From NCBI GenBank assembly GCA_963695435.1, contig OY968788.1, forward strand, positions 349,456-413,455: DNA of 64,000 nt, written 5' to 3'. The stretch comes from an uncultured bacterium. GTDB lineage: Bacteria; Patescibacteriota; Kazan-3B-28. The notes beneath the pieces were generated by a model that saw only the letters and a list, made by a program, of their open reading frames with translations, searched no databases and was not told the DNA's origin. Positions 18,598 to 28,638 of the stretch are shown in pieces; the first letter of the stretch is position 1, and each line of letters starts with the position of its first letter. Position numbers and translations under genes: made by a program.

Positions 18598-19172
18598 TGA
18601 GGAAGAATTTTATTAATTGTGGTTTCTACTTGTTTTATAGTGCCGTCACCGTTCACAGTAATTAGACGATTAGATTTTTTGTAACTGGTCAGCAATATTT
18701 TTGCTTGGGCTTCAAAAACTTTGATACGACCGCTAAGTGCTTTTGGATCTTTATCATCCGCACGGTGTTCAATATTTGCTCGCTTCAATAAACGCGCTTT
18801 GGCAACTGCAATTGGAAGTTTGATATAAATCATAACGACAGGACGCCCCGCGTCATTCAATAATTTATCTAAAAATTTCATATGCGCGGCACTGCGGGGA
18901 TATCCATCAAATACCACTCGCTGATTGCGAGGGACTTTGGACATAAACTTTTTTGCCAAACCGTTAACGATGTCAGCTGGGACTAATTTTCCTTGTGCCA
19001 TTATTTTTTTCACTATTTTCCCGTCTGCCGATTTCGATACGGATAATTTACGCAATAAAGCACCCATATTAAGATGCTGGGCGTGTAGCTTCTTTACTAA
19101 ATAAATGGCCTGCGTACTTTTTCCTGAACCCGGACCGCCGTAGAGAATAATATCTTTTCTAGATGGTGTCAT
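18591..19172 (-). CDS. adk: adenylate kinase
   Basis: P-loop GGPGSGKSTQA. Confidence 0.9.
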   Translation of the reverse strand: MTPSRKDIILYGGPGSGKSTQAIYLVKKLHAQHLNMGALLRKLSVSKSADGKIVKKIMAQGKLVPADIVNGLAKKFMSKVPRNQRVVFDGYPRSAAHMKFLDKLLNDAGRPVVMIYIKLPIAVAKARLLKRANIEHRADDKDPKALSGRIKVFEAQAKILLTSYKKSNRLITVNGDGTIKQVETTINKILPQC

Positions 19173-20442
19173 ACCGCTTCATAATTAGTTGGGCGCGAAG
19201 CTGACGCATTAGTTCGAGCGCAACTGACACCACGATAAGCAGTCCTGTACCACCAAGAGTGAGCGTTTGAATGTGAGTTAGCCCCTGGACAATGTTAGGG
19301 AGCACCGCGATAAGCCCAAGGAAAATGGCGCCGGCCAATGTAATGCGATTGGTAACATAACTTAGGAAATCAATAGTCTGACGACCGGGACGAATGCCGG
19401 GAATAAATCCTCCGGATTTCTGGATATTTTCCGCAACCTGATCGGGTTTGAAAATAACCCAAGTATAAAAATAGGTAAAGAACACCACTAAAACAAAATA
19501 CAACCCGCCGTATATCCATTTGTCATTGAAAGCGGTTTGTAACCACTTTGCCGCTTCCGCCAACCAAACAGTCCGAGCGTTAGCAAAGAATGAAGCAATG
19601 AGCCCGGGGAATAGTAATAAAGAAATAGCAAAGATGATTGGAATTACCCCTGCTTGGTTGACTCGCAAAGGCAAATGATTGGTCTGACCACTATAAAGAC
19701 GGTTCCCGCCTCCGCGGCCGGCATAGGCAATCGGAATATTACGCTGACCTTCGGTAATGTAGACTACCAGAAAAACTGTAGCGACAGCCAATACCGCAAA
19801 CACCAGAATTTCCATTAGTTTGCTTGTATCAAACAGCGCTATTGTGCTAGTTAGTCCCTGGGGGAGACTAGCCAAAATACCGACAAAAATGATTATAGAA
19901 ACACCGTTGCCGATACCATGCTCGGAAATCAGTTCACCCAGCCACATCAGGAGGACTGTCCCACCAGTGACAATCAGCATAATCCCCAACATTTTTAGCA
20001 TAGTAATGTCGCCCAAAATGTTGACATCGGACCGTTGAAGTAAGGCAATCATCCCGTAAGCCTGAATCAAACCAAGAGGGATTGTTAGCCAACGAGTGTA
20101 TTGGTTAATTTTTCTCCGACCGTATTCACCTTCTTTTTGCAAAGCTTCAACCGCGGGCAATGCCATCCCCATCAGCTGCATAATAATTGAAGCATTGATG
20201 AAGGGCGCGACACCCATCATTGCGATAGAAAACCGGTTCAGCGAACCTCCCGAAAAGAGATCTATCAACCCCAAATATTGATTGCTGGAAAAAACTTGTT
20301 GGAGAGCATCCAGATTTACTCCCGGCATTGGAGTGTGGGTAATAATGCGAACAATCAAAACGATCACTAGTGTCCAAAATATCCGCATCCGCAAATCGCG
20401 GTGTTTGAATATCTGTCTGATTGAATCGAACATGTTCGTCAT
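19159..20442 (-). CDS. secY: preprotein translocase subunit SecY
   Basis: 427 aa, 10 TM, position between rplO and adk. Confidence 0.95.
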   Translation of the reverse strand: MTNMFDSIRQIFKHRDLRMRIFWTLVIVLIVRIITHTPMPGVNLDALQQVFSSNQYLGLIDLFSGGSLNRFSIAMMGVAPFINASIIMQLMGMALPAVEALQKEGEYGRRKINQYTRWLTIPLGLIQAYGMIALLQRSDVNILGDITMLKMLGIMLIVTGGTVLLMWLGELISEHGIGNGVSIIIFVGILASLPQGLTSTIALFDTSKLMEILVFAVLAVATVFLVVYITEGQRNIPIAYAGRGGGNRLYSGQTNHLPLRVNQAGVIPIIFAISLLLFPGLIASFFANARTVWLAEAAKWLQTAFNDKWIYGGLYFVLVVFFTYFYTWVIFKPDQVAENIQKSGGFIPGIRPGRQTIDFLSYVTNRITLAGAIFLGLIAVLPNIVQGLTHIQTLTLGGTGLLIVVSVALELMRQLRAQLIMKRYDTI

Positions 20443-20885
20443 TATTTGAGAATTTCTACTGTTCCACCCTGCTCTTCGATTTTAGCGCGGGCGCCGGCAG
20501 AAATAAAATGAACCTGTACTTGGTATGCACCAGTAATGGCGCCTTCGCCTAAAATCTTTACTTTAGTATCAGACATAATCGTACCCGCTTCAACAAGTTG
20601 TCTGGCGTCCAATTTATTTTCTTTAGCATACCTCGGCACATCTTTCAGATTGATTTTGATTTCGCTAAATTTGCGCTGGGAGTGAAATCCTCTGCGCTTA
20701 GCCAACCTTCTAATCAGCGGAGTCTGACCGCCTTCAAAGTAGGCCGGAATATTACCGCCCGTTCTGGCTTTCTGACCGTTGTTCCCCCGCCCGGCAGTAG
20801 AACCGCCACCGGCTGATGAACCACGACCAATCCGCTTGCGAGCGGGTTGCTTGGTGATCCCTACGATTTCATGCATAGCATCCAT
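20442..20885 (-). CDS. rplO: 50S ribosomal protein L15
   Basis: Gly-rich N-terminus, 147 aa; directly follows rpsE with no L30 gene between. Confidence 0.95.
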   Translation of the reverse strand: MDAMHEIVGITKQPARKRIGRGSSAGGGSTAGRGNNGQKARTGGNIPAYFEGGQTPLIRRLAKRRGFHSQRKFSEIKINLKDVPRYAKENKLDARQLVEAGTIMSDTKVKILGEGAITGAYQVQVHFISAGARAKIEEQGGTVEILK

Positions 20886-20898
20886 AATAGTTTACCGA

Positions 20899-21489
20899 TT
20901 ACTTAGTATCTTCCGCTTCCTGCTTGGCAGGTTTTTGAGGTTTAGATTTTCCGCGGTTTGCCAGAATATCAGCCGACGGACGAATGTCATCCAGCGCCTG
21001 AATAGTTGCCACCACATTACTGATTTTATTAGATGAACCCATAACTTTTGCGACGGCGTCTTTGATCCCAGCCAGTTCCAGAACAATCCGAACAGCACCA
21101 CCGGCAATAAGTCCTGTACCGGACTTGGCCGGCTTGATCAAAACTGTGGCGCTCTTGTGACTGGCTTGTACCCGATAAGGCAAAGTACCGTGAACCATAT
21201 GAATAGTTTTGACATCTTTCTTTGCTTCGTTGACTGCTTTGGCAACGGCAGTGGTAACATCATTAGCTTTCCCCAAGCCATATGCCACGCGATTAATTTT
21301 ATCGCCCAAAACTACCAGCGCTCTGAAACGCATTCTTTTGCCACCTTTTACCACACGGGTAACGCGATTGATCTCCAGCACCCGTTCCTGGAATTCTGAT
21401 GGAGCGGCTTCCCGACGACCGCCGGGGCGGCGTTGCCCGCCGCGATCACCCCTGCCGCGACCCTGATTGTGAGATTGAGGTCTTTCCAT
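20899..21489 (-). CDS. rpsE: 30S ribosomal protein S5 with R/G-rich N-terminal and Lys-rich C-terminal extensions
   Basis: VTRVVKGGKRMRFRALVVLGD. Confidence 0.95.
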   Translation of the reverse strand: MERPQSHNQGRGRGDRGGQRRPGGRREAAPSEFQERVLEINRVTRVVKGGKRMRFRALVVLGDKINRVAYGLGKANDVTTAVAKAVNEAKKDVKTIHMVHGTLPYRVQASHKSATVLIKPAKSGTGLIAGGAVRIVLELAGIKDAVAKVMGSSNKISNVVATIQALDDIRPSADILANRGKSKPQKPAKQEAEDTK

Positions 21490-21492
21490 AAT

Positions 21493-21843
21493 TTAGAATA
21501 TTAGTCCGCCTTCACGAGCACCGTCAGCCAAAGCCTTTATTTGCCCATGATATTTATAACCGCGACGGTCAAACGCTACTTTCGTCACTTTCTTTTCTAT
21601 TGCTACCTTCGCCAATGCCTGCCCCACTTGAGTGGCGCGCTCTATTGGAGTTTTGCCCTTCATTTTTAAACTGGAGACAGAGGCCAGTACTTTTCCGCCA
21701 GATTCGACTACTTGAGCATAAATGTATTTGTTACTCCTGTTGACCACTAATCGAGGACGAGTAGCATGAACGCCAACCTTAACACGAGTCCGATTGGTGC
21801 GAAGTTGGCGACGGCGACTAGTTTTGATAGTTTCTTTTGACAT
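21493..21843 (-). CDS. rplR: 50S ribosomal protein L18
   Basis: 116 aa, position and sequence. Confidence 0.95.
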   Translation of the reverse strand: MSKETIKTSRRRQLRTNRTRVKVGVHATRPRLVVNRSNKYIYAQVVESGGKVLASVSSLKMKGKTPIERATQVGQALAKVAIEKKVTKVAFDRRGYKYHGQIKALADGAREGGLIF

Positions 21844-21854
21844 AATAAAAATTT

Positions 21855-22412
21855 CTAGGCGGCAGTTTTACCCGAACCAGTCGCGGCGGTCTTACCGGCC
21901 TTGCGGCGAATAACTTCATCAATATATTTGATACCTTTGCCTTTGTACGGTTCTGGTTTTTTGTGGGAGCGAATAACAGCTGCCATTTGTCCGACTATTT
22001 GTTTATTTATTCCGGTGATGAATACCTGATTTTTTTCTACCCGAACTTCAACACCGTCTAAAATCGGCACTTCTACTTGGTGCGAAAGACCAATATTCAA
22101 AACAACTACATTACCTTTAACTTCTGCGCGATAACCCACGCCGTTAATTTCCAATGTTTTAGCAAATCCTTCGGTGACACCAATTACCGCGTTGTTCAGA
22201 AGCGAGCGAACTAACCCGTGAAGTGCGCGGGTTGGTTTTTCGTCATTGGCTCTCTTCACCAATAGCTCATCACCTTCTTGGGTAACGGTAATAACTGTAG
22301 GAATAACAACAGTAAGCTCTCCTTTGGGGCCTTTTACTTTTGCTTCACCATCCGTTATTGCAACGGTTACCTGGGAAGAAATCTTAACTGGTAGTTTTCC
22401 AATCTTTGACAT
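21855..22412 (-). CDS. rplF: 50S ribosomal protein L6 (start at internal Met MSKIGKLP; C-terminal extension)
   Basis: two L6 repeats. Confidence 0.9.
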   Translation of the reverse strand: MSKIGKLPVKISSQVTVAITDGEAKVKGPKGELTVVIPTVITVTQEGDELLVKRANDEKPTRALHGLVRSLLNNAVIGVTEGFAKTLEINGVGYRAEVKGNVVVLNIGLSHQVEVPILDGVEVRVEKNQVFITGINKQIVGQMAAVIRSHKKPEPYKGKGIKYIDEVIRRKAGKTAATGSGKTAA

Positions 22413-22416
22413 ATCT

Positions 22417-22824
22417 TTACCAAATCTTAAATAGAACTTCACCTCCCAAGCCCTTGTCTCGAGCCTGCTGATCAGTCATCAAACCTTGAGAAGTAGATAT
22501 AACTGAAGTGCCGACTCCGCTCAAAACTTTGTGCAGTCTTCCGGATGCGCTATAAATGCGCTGACCGGGGTGGCTCACCCGCTTTACACCTTGAATAATC
22601 GGCATACCGTTGGGAGCGTATTTCATCACCATAGCGATTTGTTGAAATTTAGATTTTGCGTCTGGCGCCATAACTTTGACATCCCGAAGATAACCTTCCG
22701 CTTCCAAAAGATTGGCAATCGCCAATCGCAATTTGGAATGGGGCACGGTAACAGTTTCCTTGCGAACGGCTACTGCGTTGCGCAGGGTGGTGATGAAATC
22801 AGCAATTGGATCGGTCATAGTCAT
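22417..22824 (-). CDS. rpsH: 30S ribosomal protein S8
   Basis: MTMTDPIADFITTLRNA. Confidence 0.95.
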   Translation of the reverse strand: MTMTDPIADFITTLRNAVAVRKETVTVPHSKLRLAIANLLEAEGYLRDVKVMAPDAKSKFQQIAMVMKYAPNGMPIIQGVKRVSHPGQRIYSASGRLHKVLSGVGTSVISTSQGLMTDQQARDKGLGGEVLFKIW

Positions 22825-22840
22825 AATAAAATTCTAAATA

Positions 22841-23026
22841 TTACCAGCTAGCTTTTTTTATACCAGGTAGTTGTCCATTACGGCTAAGCTCTCTGAAACA
22901 AATTCGGCAGATACCGAAATCACGCATATACCCGTGTGGGCGTCCGCAAATCGAACACCGACGGTTTAGCCGAGTGGAAAACTTTGGTTTCTTATTCGCG
23001 CTATTAATTAATGCTTTTCGTGCCAT
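22841..23026 (-). CDS. rpsZ: 30S ribosomal protein S14 type Z (zinc-binding)
   Basis: 61 aa, CSICGRPHG ... CRIC. Confidence 0.95.
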   Translation of the reverse strand: MARKALINSANKKPKFSTRLNRRCSICGRPHGYMRDFGICRICFRELSRNGQLPGIKKASW

Positions 23027-23041
23027 ATCGTCTAAATCCTT

Positions 23042-23581
23042 TTATTTATTCTCTCCTTGGAATGGGAAACCTAGTGCCTTCAATAATGCCTTGGTCTGCA
23101 CTTTGTTTCTGCCAGTAGTAACAATAGTTACCTGCAAACTTAATATCTTCTCAACATTTTCAAATACTACCTCGGGAAAAGCGATATGTTCTCTAATCCC
23201 AAGATTGAACCCGCCGTGGTTATCAAAACCTTTGTCTGGTAATCCTTGAAAGTCGCGGACTCGCGGTAAGGTGATATTCACCAGTTTATCAAGAAAATCG
23301 TACATTCTATCTCCTCTAAGAGTTACCATCACTCCGATTTCGGCGTTTTCGCGCAGTTTGAAACCAGCGATAGATTTCTTGGCCTTGGTTACAACTGGCT
23401 TCTGACCGGTAATCTTTTTAAGCTCTTCTCTTACCACTTCAATCAGTTTTGGCTCAAGCACAGCCTTGCCGGCAGAAACATGAACAACCACTTTCTGTAC
23501 TTTTGGCACAGCTGAAATCGATTTGAGTCCAAGCTCTTTCTGCAACTGCGGAACTAATTTTTGATACTTACTTTTTAACAT
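23042..23581 (-). CDS. rplE: 50S ribosomal protein L5
   Basis: 179 aa. Confidence 0.95.
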   Translation of the reverse strand: MLKSKYQKLVPQLQKELGLKSISAVPKVQKVVVHVSAGKAVLEPKLIEVVREELKKITGQKPVVTKAKKSIAGFKLRENAEIGVMVTLRGDRMYDFLDKLVNITLPRVRDFQGLPDKGFDNHGGFNLGIREHIAFPEVVFENVEKILSLQVTIVTTGRNKVQTKALLKALGFPFQGENK

Positions 23582-23891
23582 AAGAAATAATTGCCTGACA
23601 TTTTTTACATACTCTTTCTCTTTTTCCGCTGACTACTTTGTGTCCGACTCTAACCGGTTTGTGGCAGTTCGCGCAAATAAGCATAACTTTAGAAACTGGA
23701 ATTGGCAGAATTTTTTCAGTGATGCCACCCGGCTGACCGGCGCGGGAAGATTTTTTAAGATGACGCTTGACCACATTCAAACCTTCAATTTTAACCTGAC
23801 CTGTTGAAGGGCTAACTGCAACCACTACTCCGGATTTACCGCGGTCGCGTCCTTTGATAACCAAAACTTGATCAGCTTTTTTAATATCCAT
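23568..23891 (-). CDS. rplX: 50S ribosomal protein L24 with C-terminal CxxC-x17-CxxC zinc-ribbon-like insert
   Basis: KOW motif KGRDRGKSGVV; CANCHKPVRVGHKVVSGKRERVCKKC. Confidence 0.9.
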   Translation of the reverse strand: MDIKKADQVLVIKGRDRGKSGVVVAVSPSTGQVKIEGLNVVKRHLKKSSRAGQPGGITEKILPIPVSKVMLICANCHKPVRVGHKVVSGKRERVCKKCQAIISYVKK

Positions 23892-24259
23892 TAGAGTACC
23901 TCGGGTGCTAAGGAGATTATTTTCATAAAGTTCTTATCACGAAGTTCGCGAGCAACCGGTCCAAAAACACGAGTCCCGCGAGGCTGCTTCTGGGCGTCAA
24001 CAATAACTACGGCATTGTCATCAAACCGGACATAGCTTCCATCACTCCGACGAATTGCTTTCTTGGTACGAACAATCACCGCTCGCACGACATCCTTTTT
24101 CTTAACAACACCTGTTGGAGAAGCTACTTTGACTGCGCAGACAACAATGTCACCTACGCCGGCATAACGCCGACGGGAACCGCCAAGTACCTTGAAACAA
24201 CGAACCGCTTTCGCGCCAGTGTTGTCAGCTACTTTCAAATTGGTTCCTTCTTGAATCAT
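23891..24259 (-). CDS. rplN: 50S ribosomal protein L14
   Basis: [17 protein letters not shown]. Confidence 0.95.
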   Translation of the reverse strand: MIQEGTNLKVADNTGAKAVRCFKVLGGSRRRYAGVGDIVVCAVKVASPTGVVKKKDVVRAVIVRTKKAIRRSDGSYVRFDDNAVVIVDAQKQPRGTRVFGPVARELRDKNFMKIISLAPEVL

Positions 24260-24261
24260 AG

Positions 24262-24360
24262 AGTGCCTCTCGAGAGGGCAACCAAGAGGTTTTCCTCTCG
24301 ACGCTCGTCAGCAAAGCTGAGTTTTGGTGAACCAAAACCAAGCTCACTGCTCTCCCTTCC
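24262..24360 (+). repeat. X-element copy 3, inverted (antisense to operon), filling the 126-nt rpsQ-rplN spacer
   Basis: + strand reads CCTCTCGAGAGG...CCTCTCGA-CGCTCGT-CAGC-AAA-GCTG-A-GTTTTGG-TGAA-CCAAAAC-CAAGCTCACTGCTCT. Confidence 0.6.
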
Positions 24361-24385
24361 TTTAAATATAGTAATTGTTCTCATA

Positions 24386-24658
24386 TTACAAATCTGCTGA
24401 TGTTATTTGATTCTTACCCGGCATAATCTGAATAACTTCCCAATGTTTTGTCTTACTCAACGGTCTGGTTTCACCAATCGATACCAAGTCGCCGACTTTG
24501 ACTTTGTTCTCGGCATCGTGGACAGCAAAACGCTTAGTCACCCGAACCCGTTTTTTGTAAAGCGGATGAGCGACATAAGTGTCCACCTTCACAATGACGG
24601 TTTGTTCACCGGCACGGGAAATGGTTACGCCAATTTTTTGTTGTCTAATTTTCTCCAT
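24386..24658 (-). CDS. rpsQ: 30S ribosomal protein S17 (start at internal Met MEKIRQQ; track ORF extends upstream into rpmC)
   Basis: conserved S17 core. Confidence 0.85.
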   Translation of the reverse strand: MEKIRQQKIGVTISRAGEQTVIVKVDTYVAHPLYKKRVRVTKRFAVHDAENKVKVGDLVSIGETRPLSKTKHWEVIQIMPGKNQITSADL

Positions 24659-24893
24659 GAGAGATTGCCTCCAAAATAATTTTTTCATTGAGAACCGTTT
24701 CCATTTGAGCAATTGAGTGGCGGGCTTTACGCAATTCCTGATGATTCTTGAGTTTGCCGATAGTTAGTTGGTTGCGCAAATCCTGCAATTTTAATTGAAT
24801 CTCGGCCAAATCTTTTTTCAGTTTGGTGATATCCAGCTTGCGATATTCAGAAATAGTTGTTTTTTCCTTAGCCATATTAAACCTTAGTAACAA
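24645..24893 (-). CDS. rpmC: 50S ribosomal protein L29
   Basis: 82 aa coiled helix protein between rplP and rpsQ. Confidence 0.9.
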   Translation of the reverse strand: MLLRFNMAKEKTTISEYRKLDITKLKKDLAEIQLKLQDLRNQLTIGKLKNHQELRKARHSIAQMETVLNEKIILEAISHGEN

Positions 24894-25284
24894 ATTTAGT
24901 CTTGATAGGAAGTTTGTGGCCAGCCAAAGTCATTGCCCGAGCCGCTACTTCCTTTGGAACACCATCCATTTCAAACATTACTGTTCCCGGTTTGACGGTA
25001 GCAACATAGTGACTCACCGCGCCTTTTCCTCCGCCCATACGGGTTTCGTTAGGAGTGGATGTGACAGCTTGGTGAGGGAAAATTCGAATCCAAACCTTTC
25101 CTTCGCGTTTAATAAAGTGAGTAATAGCACGACGAGCGGCTTCGATTTGGCGAGAGGTTAGCCAGCTGGCTTCCAACGCCTTCAGCCCGTATTTGCCGAA
25201 ACTGACGACATTACCACGGGTAGCAACGCCACCTCGCTTGCCTCTTTGCTGTTTACGAAATTTAACTTTTCTTGGAACTAACAT
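24877..25284 (-). CDS. rplP: 50S ribosomal protein L16
   Basis: [16 protein letters not shown]. Confidence 0.95.
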   Translation of the reverse strand: MLVPRKVKFRKQQRGKRGGVATRGNVVSFGKYGLKALEASWLTSRQIEAARRAITHFIKREGKVWIRIFPHQAVTSTPNETRMGGGKGAVSHYVATVKPGTVMFEMDGVPKEVAARAMTLAGHKLPIKTKFVTKV

Positions 25285-25286
25285 AA

Positions 25287-25928
25287 TTATTTATTCTCGT
25301 TATTCTCCGTGACTTCCTGTGGTAATACCCACACCTTTACTCCGATTGTGCCGTAAGTGGTAAAGGCTGTCCGAAAAGCGTAATCAATAAAATACTTAAT
25401 TGTGTGAAGTGGAACTTTGCCAAAACCGAATACTTCTCTGCGGGCAATTTCTGCACCATTCAAACGACCAGCAATTACAATGCGGATACCTTGAACCTGA
25501 GCTTGTTTTGCCGCTTCAACCGATTGTTTGATGGCACGACGGAAAGGAATTCTTTTTTCAATCTGTTCAACGATATTACCAGCAATCACCGCCGCCGAAC
25601 TTTCAGGATTCGGTACTTCTTGAATTGTGATATTGATAGTGCTACCTACCGCCAGTGGTTTGAGAATCTTTTTCAAATCTTCCACGCCTGCTCCACCTCG
25701 GCCGATAATCATTCCAGGGCGTGAAGTCCAAATAATTAGATTGATTTCGTTTCCTACCCTTTCAATTTCTAAATCGGCAATGGCTCTTTTGAATTTGGTA
25801 TTAGTGGCCATCCGAATTTTATAATCTTCCAAAAGAAGTCTGGGATAATTTTTAGTATCCAGCCAACGGGACTTCCAGGCGGAAGTGACACCGAGTCTAA
25901 ATAAATGTGGATGAATCTTTTGTCCCAT
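25287..25928 (-). CDS. rpsC: 30S ribosomal protein S3
   Basis: MGQKIHP, KH domain. Confidence 0.95.
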   Translation of the reverse strand: MGQKIHPHLFRLGVTSAWKSRWLDTKNYPRLLLEDYKIRMATNTKFKRAIADLEIERVGNEINLIIWTSRPGMIIGRGGAGVEDLKKILKPLAVGSTINITIQEVPNPESSAAVIAGNIVEQIEKRIPFRRAIKQSVEAAKQAQVQGIRIVIAGRLNGAEIARREVFGFGKVPLHTIKYFIDYAFRTAFTTYGTIGVKVWVLPQEVTENNENK

Positions 25929-25933
25929 GAGAT

Positions 25934-26443
25934 TTACTTATTGGTAGTACGACGAGTTATAATCTTTTTTAATCCTTGAGAAAATTTTGGTTTGGGTAAT
26001 GTAGCCTTTGGTTGAGTGGTCGTCTTTTCGCCAGTAGTTTCGGTTGTTGGTGCCGACGGAGAAACAGGAGTAGAGGAAGGCTTTACAATTGGTTTTTTCA
26101 CCAGACTTGGTTTGATTTCTTCCAGGGTAATGCTCATGTGGCTGCTGCGCTTCAAAAGCGGATCGGCAGAACCGTGAGAACGGAACCAATATCGTTTCAT
26201 TGTTGGACCAGTATCGACTGTCAGAGTTTTTATCCGCAAATTATCTTCCTTCAAGTTATAGTTATTAGTTGCGTTAGCGGAAGCGGAATGAAGTAGTTTG
26301 TAAATTAGCTTAGCTGTCTTGCTGGAATGATATTTCAAATGGATTAGCGCATCAGGCACCGGCATCTTACGCAAAGCCACCACCATTGGTTGGACTTTTT
26401 TTGGACTAATCCGGATGAATTTTGCCGTTGCACTTACTTCCAT
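25934..26443 (-). CDS. rplV: 50S ribosomal protein L22 with S/T/P-rich C-terminal extension
   Basis: 169 aa. Confidence 0.9.
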   Translation of the reverse strand: MEVSATAKFIRISPKKVQPMVVALRKMPVPDALIHLKYHSSKTAKLIYKLLHSASANATNNYNLKEDNLRIKTLTVDTGPTMKRYWFRSHGSADPLLKRSSHMSITLEEIKPSLVKKPIVKPSSTPVSPSAPTTETTGEKTTTQPKATLPKPKFSQGLKKIITRRTTNK

Positions 26444-26505
26444 ATGATTTATAGATTTAGATCCCTCGTCGACCTAGCGGTCTCGCTCGGGATGACGCTG
26501 TTGCG

Positions 26506-26883
26506 TCACTTTTTCTTACCACCTTTTTTACCGCCTTTACTGGCTGGTTTAGCTGAAGATTTAGCAGCGGGAGCGGCGACTGGAGCGGGAGCAGATGTAG
26601 CAGACTTAGCCTGTTCTTTCGCCATCTTACCGCCGTGGCTTCTAAACTTGCGGGTAGGAGAAAATTCGCCCAACTTATGACCAATCATCCCTTCTTGAAT
26701 ATAAATTTGGACATGTTCTTTGCCATTGTGAACACCGATGGTCAATCCAATCATTTCTGGAGCAATAGCACAACTGCGTGACCATGTTTTGATAACTGCC
26801 TTACTATTAGTGTCTTTGGCAACCATCACCTTTTTCATTAGGCGTTCGTCAATGTAAGGACCTTTTTTGCTTGAACGTGACAT
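26506..26883 (-). CDS. rpsS: 30S ribosomal protein S19 (start at internal Met MSRSSKKGP; Ala/Lys-rich C-terminal tail)
   Basis: track ORF N-terminus overlaps rplB 3' end; canonical S19 start found 27 codons in. Confidence 0.9.
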   Translation of the reverse strand: MSRSSKKGPYIDERLMKKVMVAKDTNSKAVIKTWSRSCAIAPEMIGLTIGVHNGKEHVQIYIQEGMIGHKLGEFSPTRKFRSHGGKMAKEQAKSATSAPAPVAAPAAKSSAKPASKGGKKGGKKK

Positions 26884-26884
26884 A

Positions 26885-27733
26885 TTATTTCTTCCTCTTC
26901 TTAGGGCGAGCTTTAACAATAAACTTGTTACTAAATTTCTTGGGGTTGCGGGTCTTGTAGCCAAGTGCCGGTTTGCCAGTGCGAGTTTTTGGCTTCTTCA
27001 AACCGATTGAAGTATTTCCTTCACCACCACCATGAGGGTGATCAACTGGGTTCTTTGCTTTACCTCTGGTTGTTGGGCGATGCCCCATATGACGGGTCCG
27101 ACCTGCTTTTGAAATTCTAACATTCATATGGTCGGGATTTGATAATACTCCAATGCTGGCAAATCCTATTTCTGGTACTCGATGAATTTCGCCTGACGGC
27201 ATTTTTAGCAATGCGAATCCCGCATCAAAGCCCATCAAAGTAATGGATGATCCTGCGGAACGGGCGATTTGACCGCCATGCCCTGGTACCATTTCAACAT
27301 TATGGATTGCTGTACCAGCAGGAATATTTTTGAGTTGCAGACGATTACCAAGTTTAACTTTGGTGTTTGCGCCAGAAACTACTTTATCCCCTACCTTCAG
27401 TCCTTCAGGAGCCAGAATATAGGATTGGGTTCCATCAGCAAAGATAATGTGAGCAATAAAGGATGTTCTGTTTGGATCGTATTGAATGCTTTGAACAGTG
27501 GCTGGAATTTCAAATTTCTGCTGTTTGAGGTCAACTGTTCTAAAGGAGCGCTTTGCTCCGCCTCCGCGACCGGTCATTGTTTTTACACCGCGATTGTTTC
27601 TGACATCCGTACGAGTACGGCCCTTCATCAGACTTTTAACTGGACCGGCATTTTTGGTCAGCACTTCCCTATACAGGATGTACTGCATTTTGCGCTGAGC
27701 GGAAGTGACTGGTTTTAGTGTTCTGACTGCCAT
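26885..27733 (-). CDS. rplB: 50S ribosomal protein L2
   Basis: 282 aa, [10 protein letters not shown]-like C-terminus. Confidence 0.95.
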   Translation of the reverse strand: MAVRTLKPVTSAQRKMQYILYREVLTKNAGPVKSLMKGRTRTDVRNNRGVKTMTGRGGGAKRSFRTVDLKQQKFEIPATVQSIQYDPNRTSFIAHIIFADGTQSYILAPEGLKVGDKVVSGANTKVKLGNRLQLKNIPAGTAIHNVEMVPGHGGQIARSAGSSITLMGFDAGFALLKMPSGEIHRVPEIGFASIGVLSNPDHMNVRISKAGRTRHMGHRPTTRGKAKNPVDHPHGGGEGNTSIGLKKPKTRTGKPALGYKTRNPKKFSNKFIVKARPKKRKK

Positions 27734-28011
27734 TATTTATTCTCCTCAAATAGAGCAATGCGGTCGCCTTTCTTTAGCGTGACTATCGCTTTCCTGCGGG
27801 CAGAGCGCGCTCCTGTTTGCCGACGGAATTTCTTTAGTTTGCCGGCCAAGTTAATCATATTTACATCAGTGACTTTTACTTTAAATAATTCTTCTACCGC
27901 TGTGGCAACTTGATATTTGTTGGCGGTAGGAATAACCAAAAAGGTATATTTATTCACCGTCCCTTGGGCGATACTTTTTTCAGAAATAATTGGACGTTTG
28001 ATAATAGCCAT
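27733..28011 (-). CDS. rplW: 50S ribosomal protein L23
   Basis: 92 aa. Confidence 0.9.
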   Translation of the reverse strand: MAIIKRPIISEKSIAQGTVNKYTFLVIPTANKYQVATAVEELFKVKVTDVNMINLAGKLKKFRRQTGARSARRKAIVTLKKGDRIALFEENK

Positions 28012-28638
28012 CTAGACTCCTAATTTCTTTTTTAAATCAGCGTAAGCATCGTTCAGAAAAACAATTCGGCGAGCGGACATAACCTCTAAAGCGCTCAATC
28101 TGTTTGGAGCAATTACTTTTACTCCTGCAATATTTTGTAGAGCTTGGGGAGGGATAGAAGTAATGATCAGAGCTGGAGCAATGGCAATGGCATCCGACAA
28201 CTGCTGAACCGCTGATTTGGTTTTTGTGGTGTTGATATCAAAATTTACAATCCCAACTTTACCGAATTTGATTTTCAAACGCAGTGCGCCAAGTAATGCT
28301 TGTCGACGCAAATTGGTAGTCAACTTCTGTTGATAATTTTTGGATTTGAGTGGCCCAAAAGTAATGCCGCCGCCTTTCCATAAGGGGCTTCGGATTGAAC
28401 CAACCCTAGCACGGCCGGTACCTTTTTGACGCCATGGTTTTTTGCCTCCACCTGAAACTTCGCCTCTGCGTTTTGTATTGGCGTTGGAGTGGTGCTGGTT
28501 TGCCTGCAGAGCCAATGCCACCTCACGAAGAATCTGCGGATGCACAACTACATCTTTCATTTCATCGCTAGATACCGCCTGCCAAGTAGTGACAGTTGGA
28601 TCAATTTTAGTAGTGGTTGATTTAGTTGCGTGTTCCAT
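28012..28638 (-). CDS. rplD: 50S ribosomal protein L4 (probable start at internal Met MEHATKS; overlaps rplC end)
   Basis: L4 core. Confidence 0.9.
   Translation of the reverse strand: MEHATKSTTTKIDPTVTTWQAVSSDEMKDVVVHPQILREVALALQANQHHSNANTKRRGEVSGGGKKPWRQKGTGRARVGSIRSPLWKGGGITFGPLKSKNYQQKLTTNLRRQALLGALRLKIKFGKVGIVNFDINTTKTKSAVQQLSDAIAIAPALIITSIPPQALQNIAGVKVIAPNRLSALEVMSARRIVFLNDAYADLKKKLGV

Noticed and set aside
24262-24360. Known self-cleaving ribozyme (hammerhead, twister) for the X element
   Set aside because: No CUGAUGA...GAAA hammerhead core or twister conserved loops could be recognised by eye. Left as unclassified.
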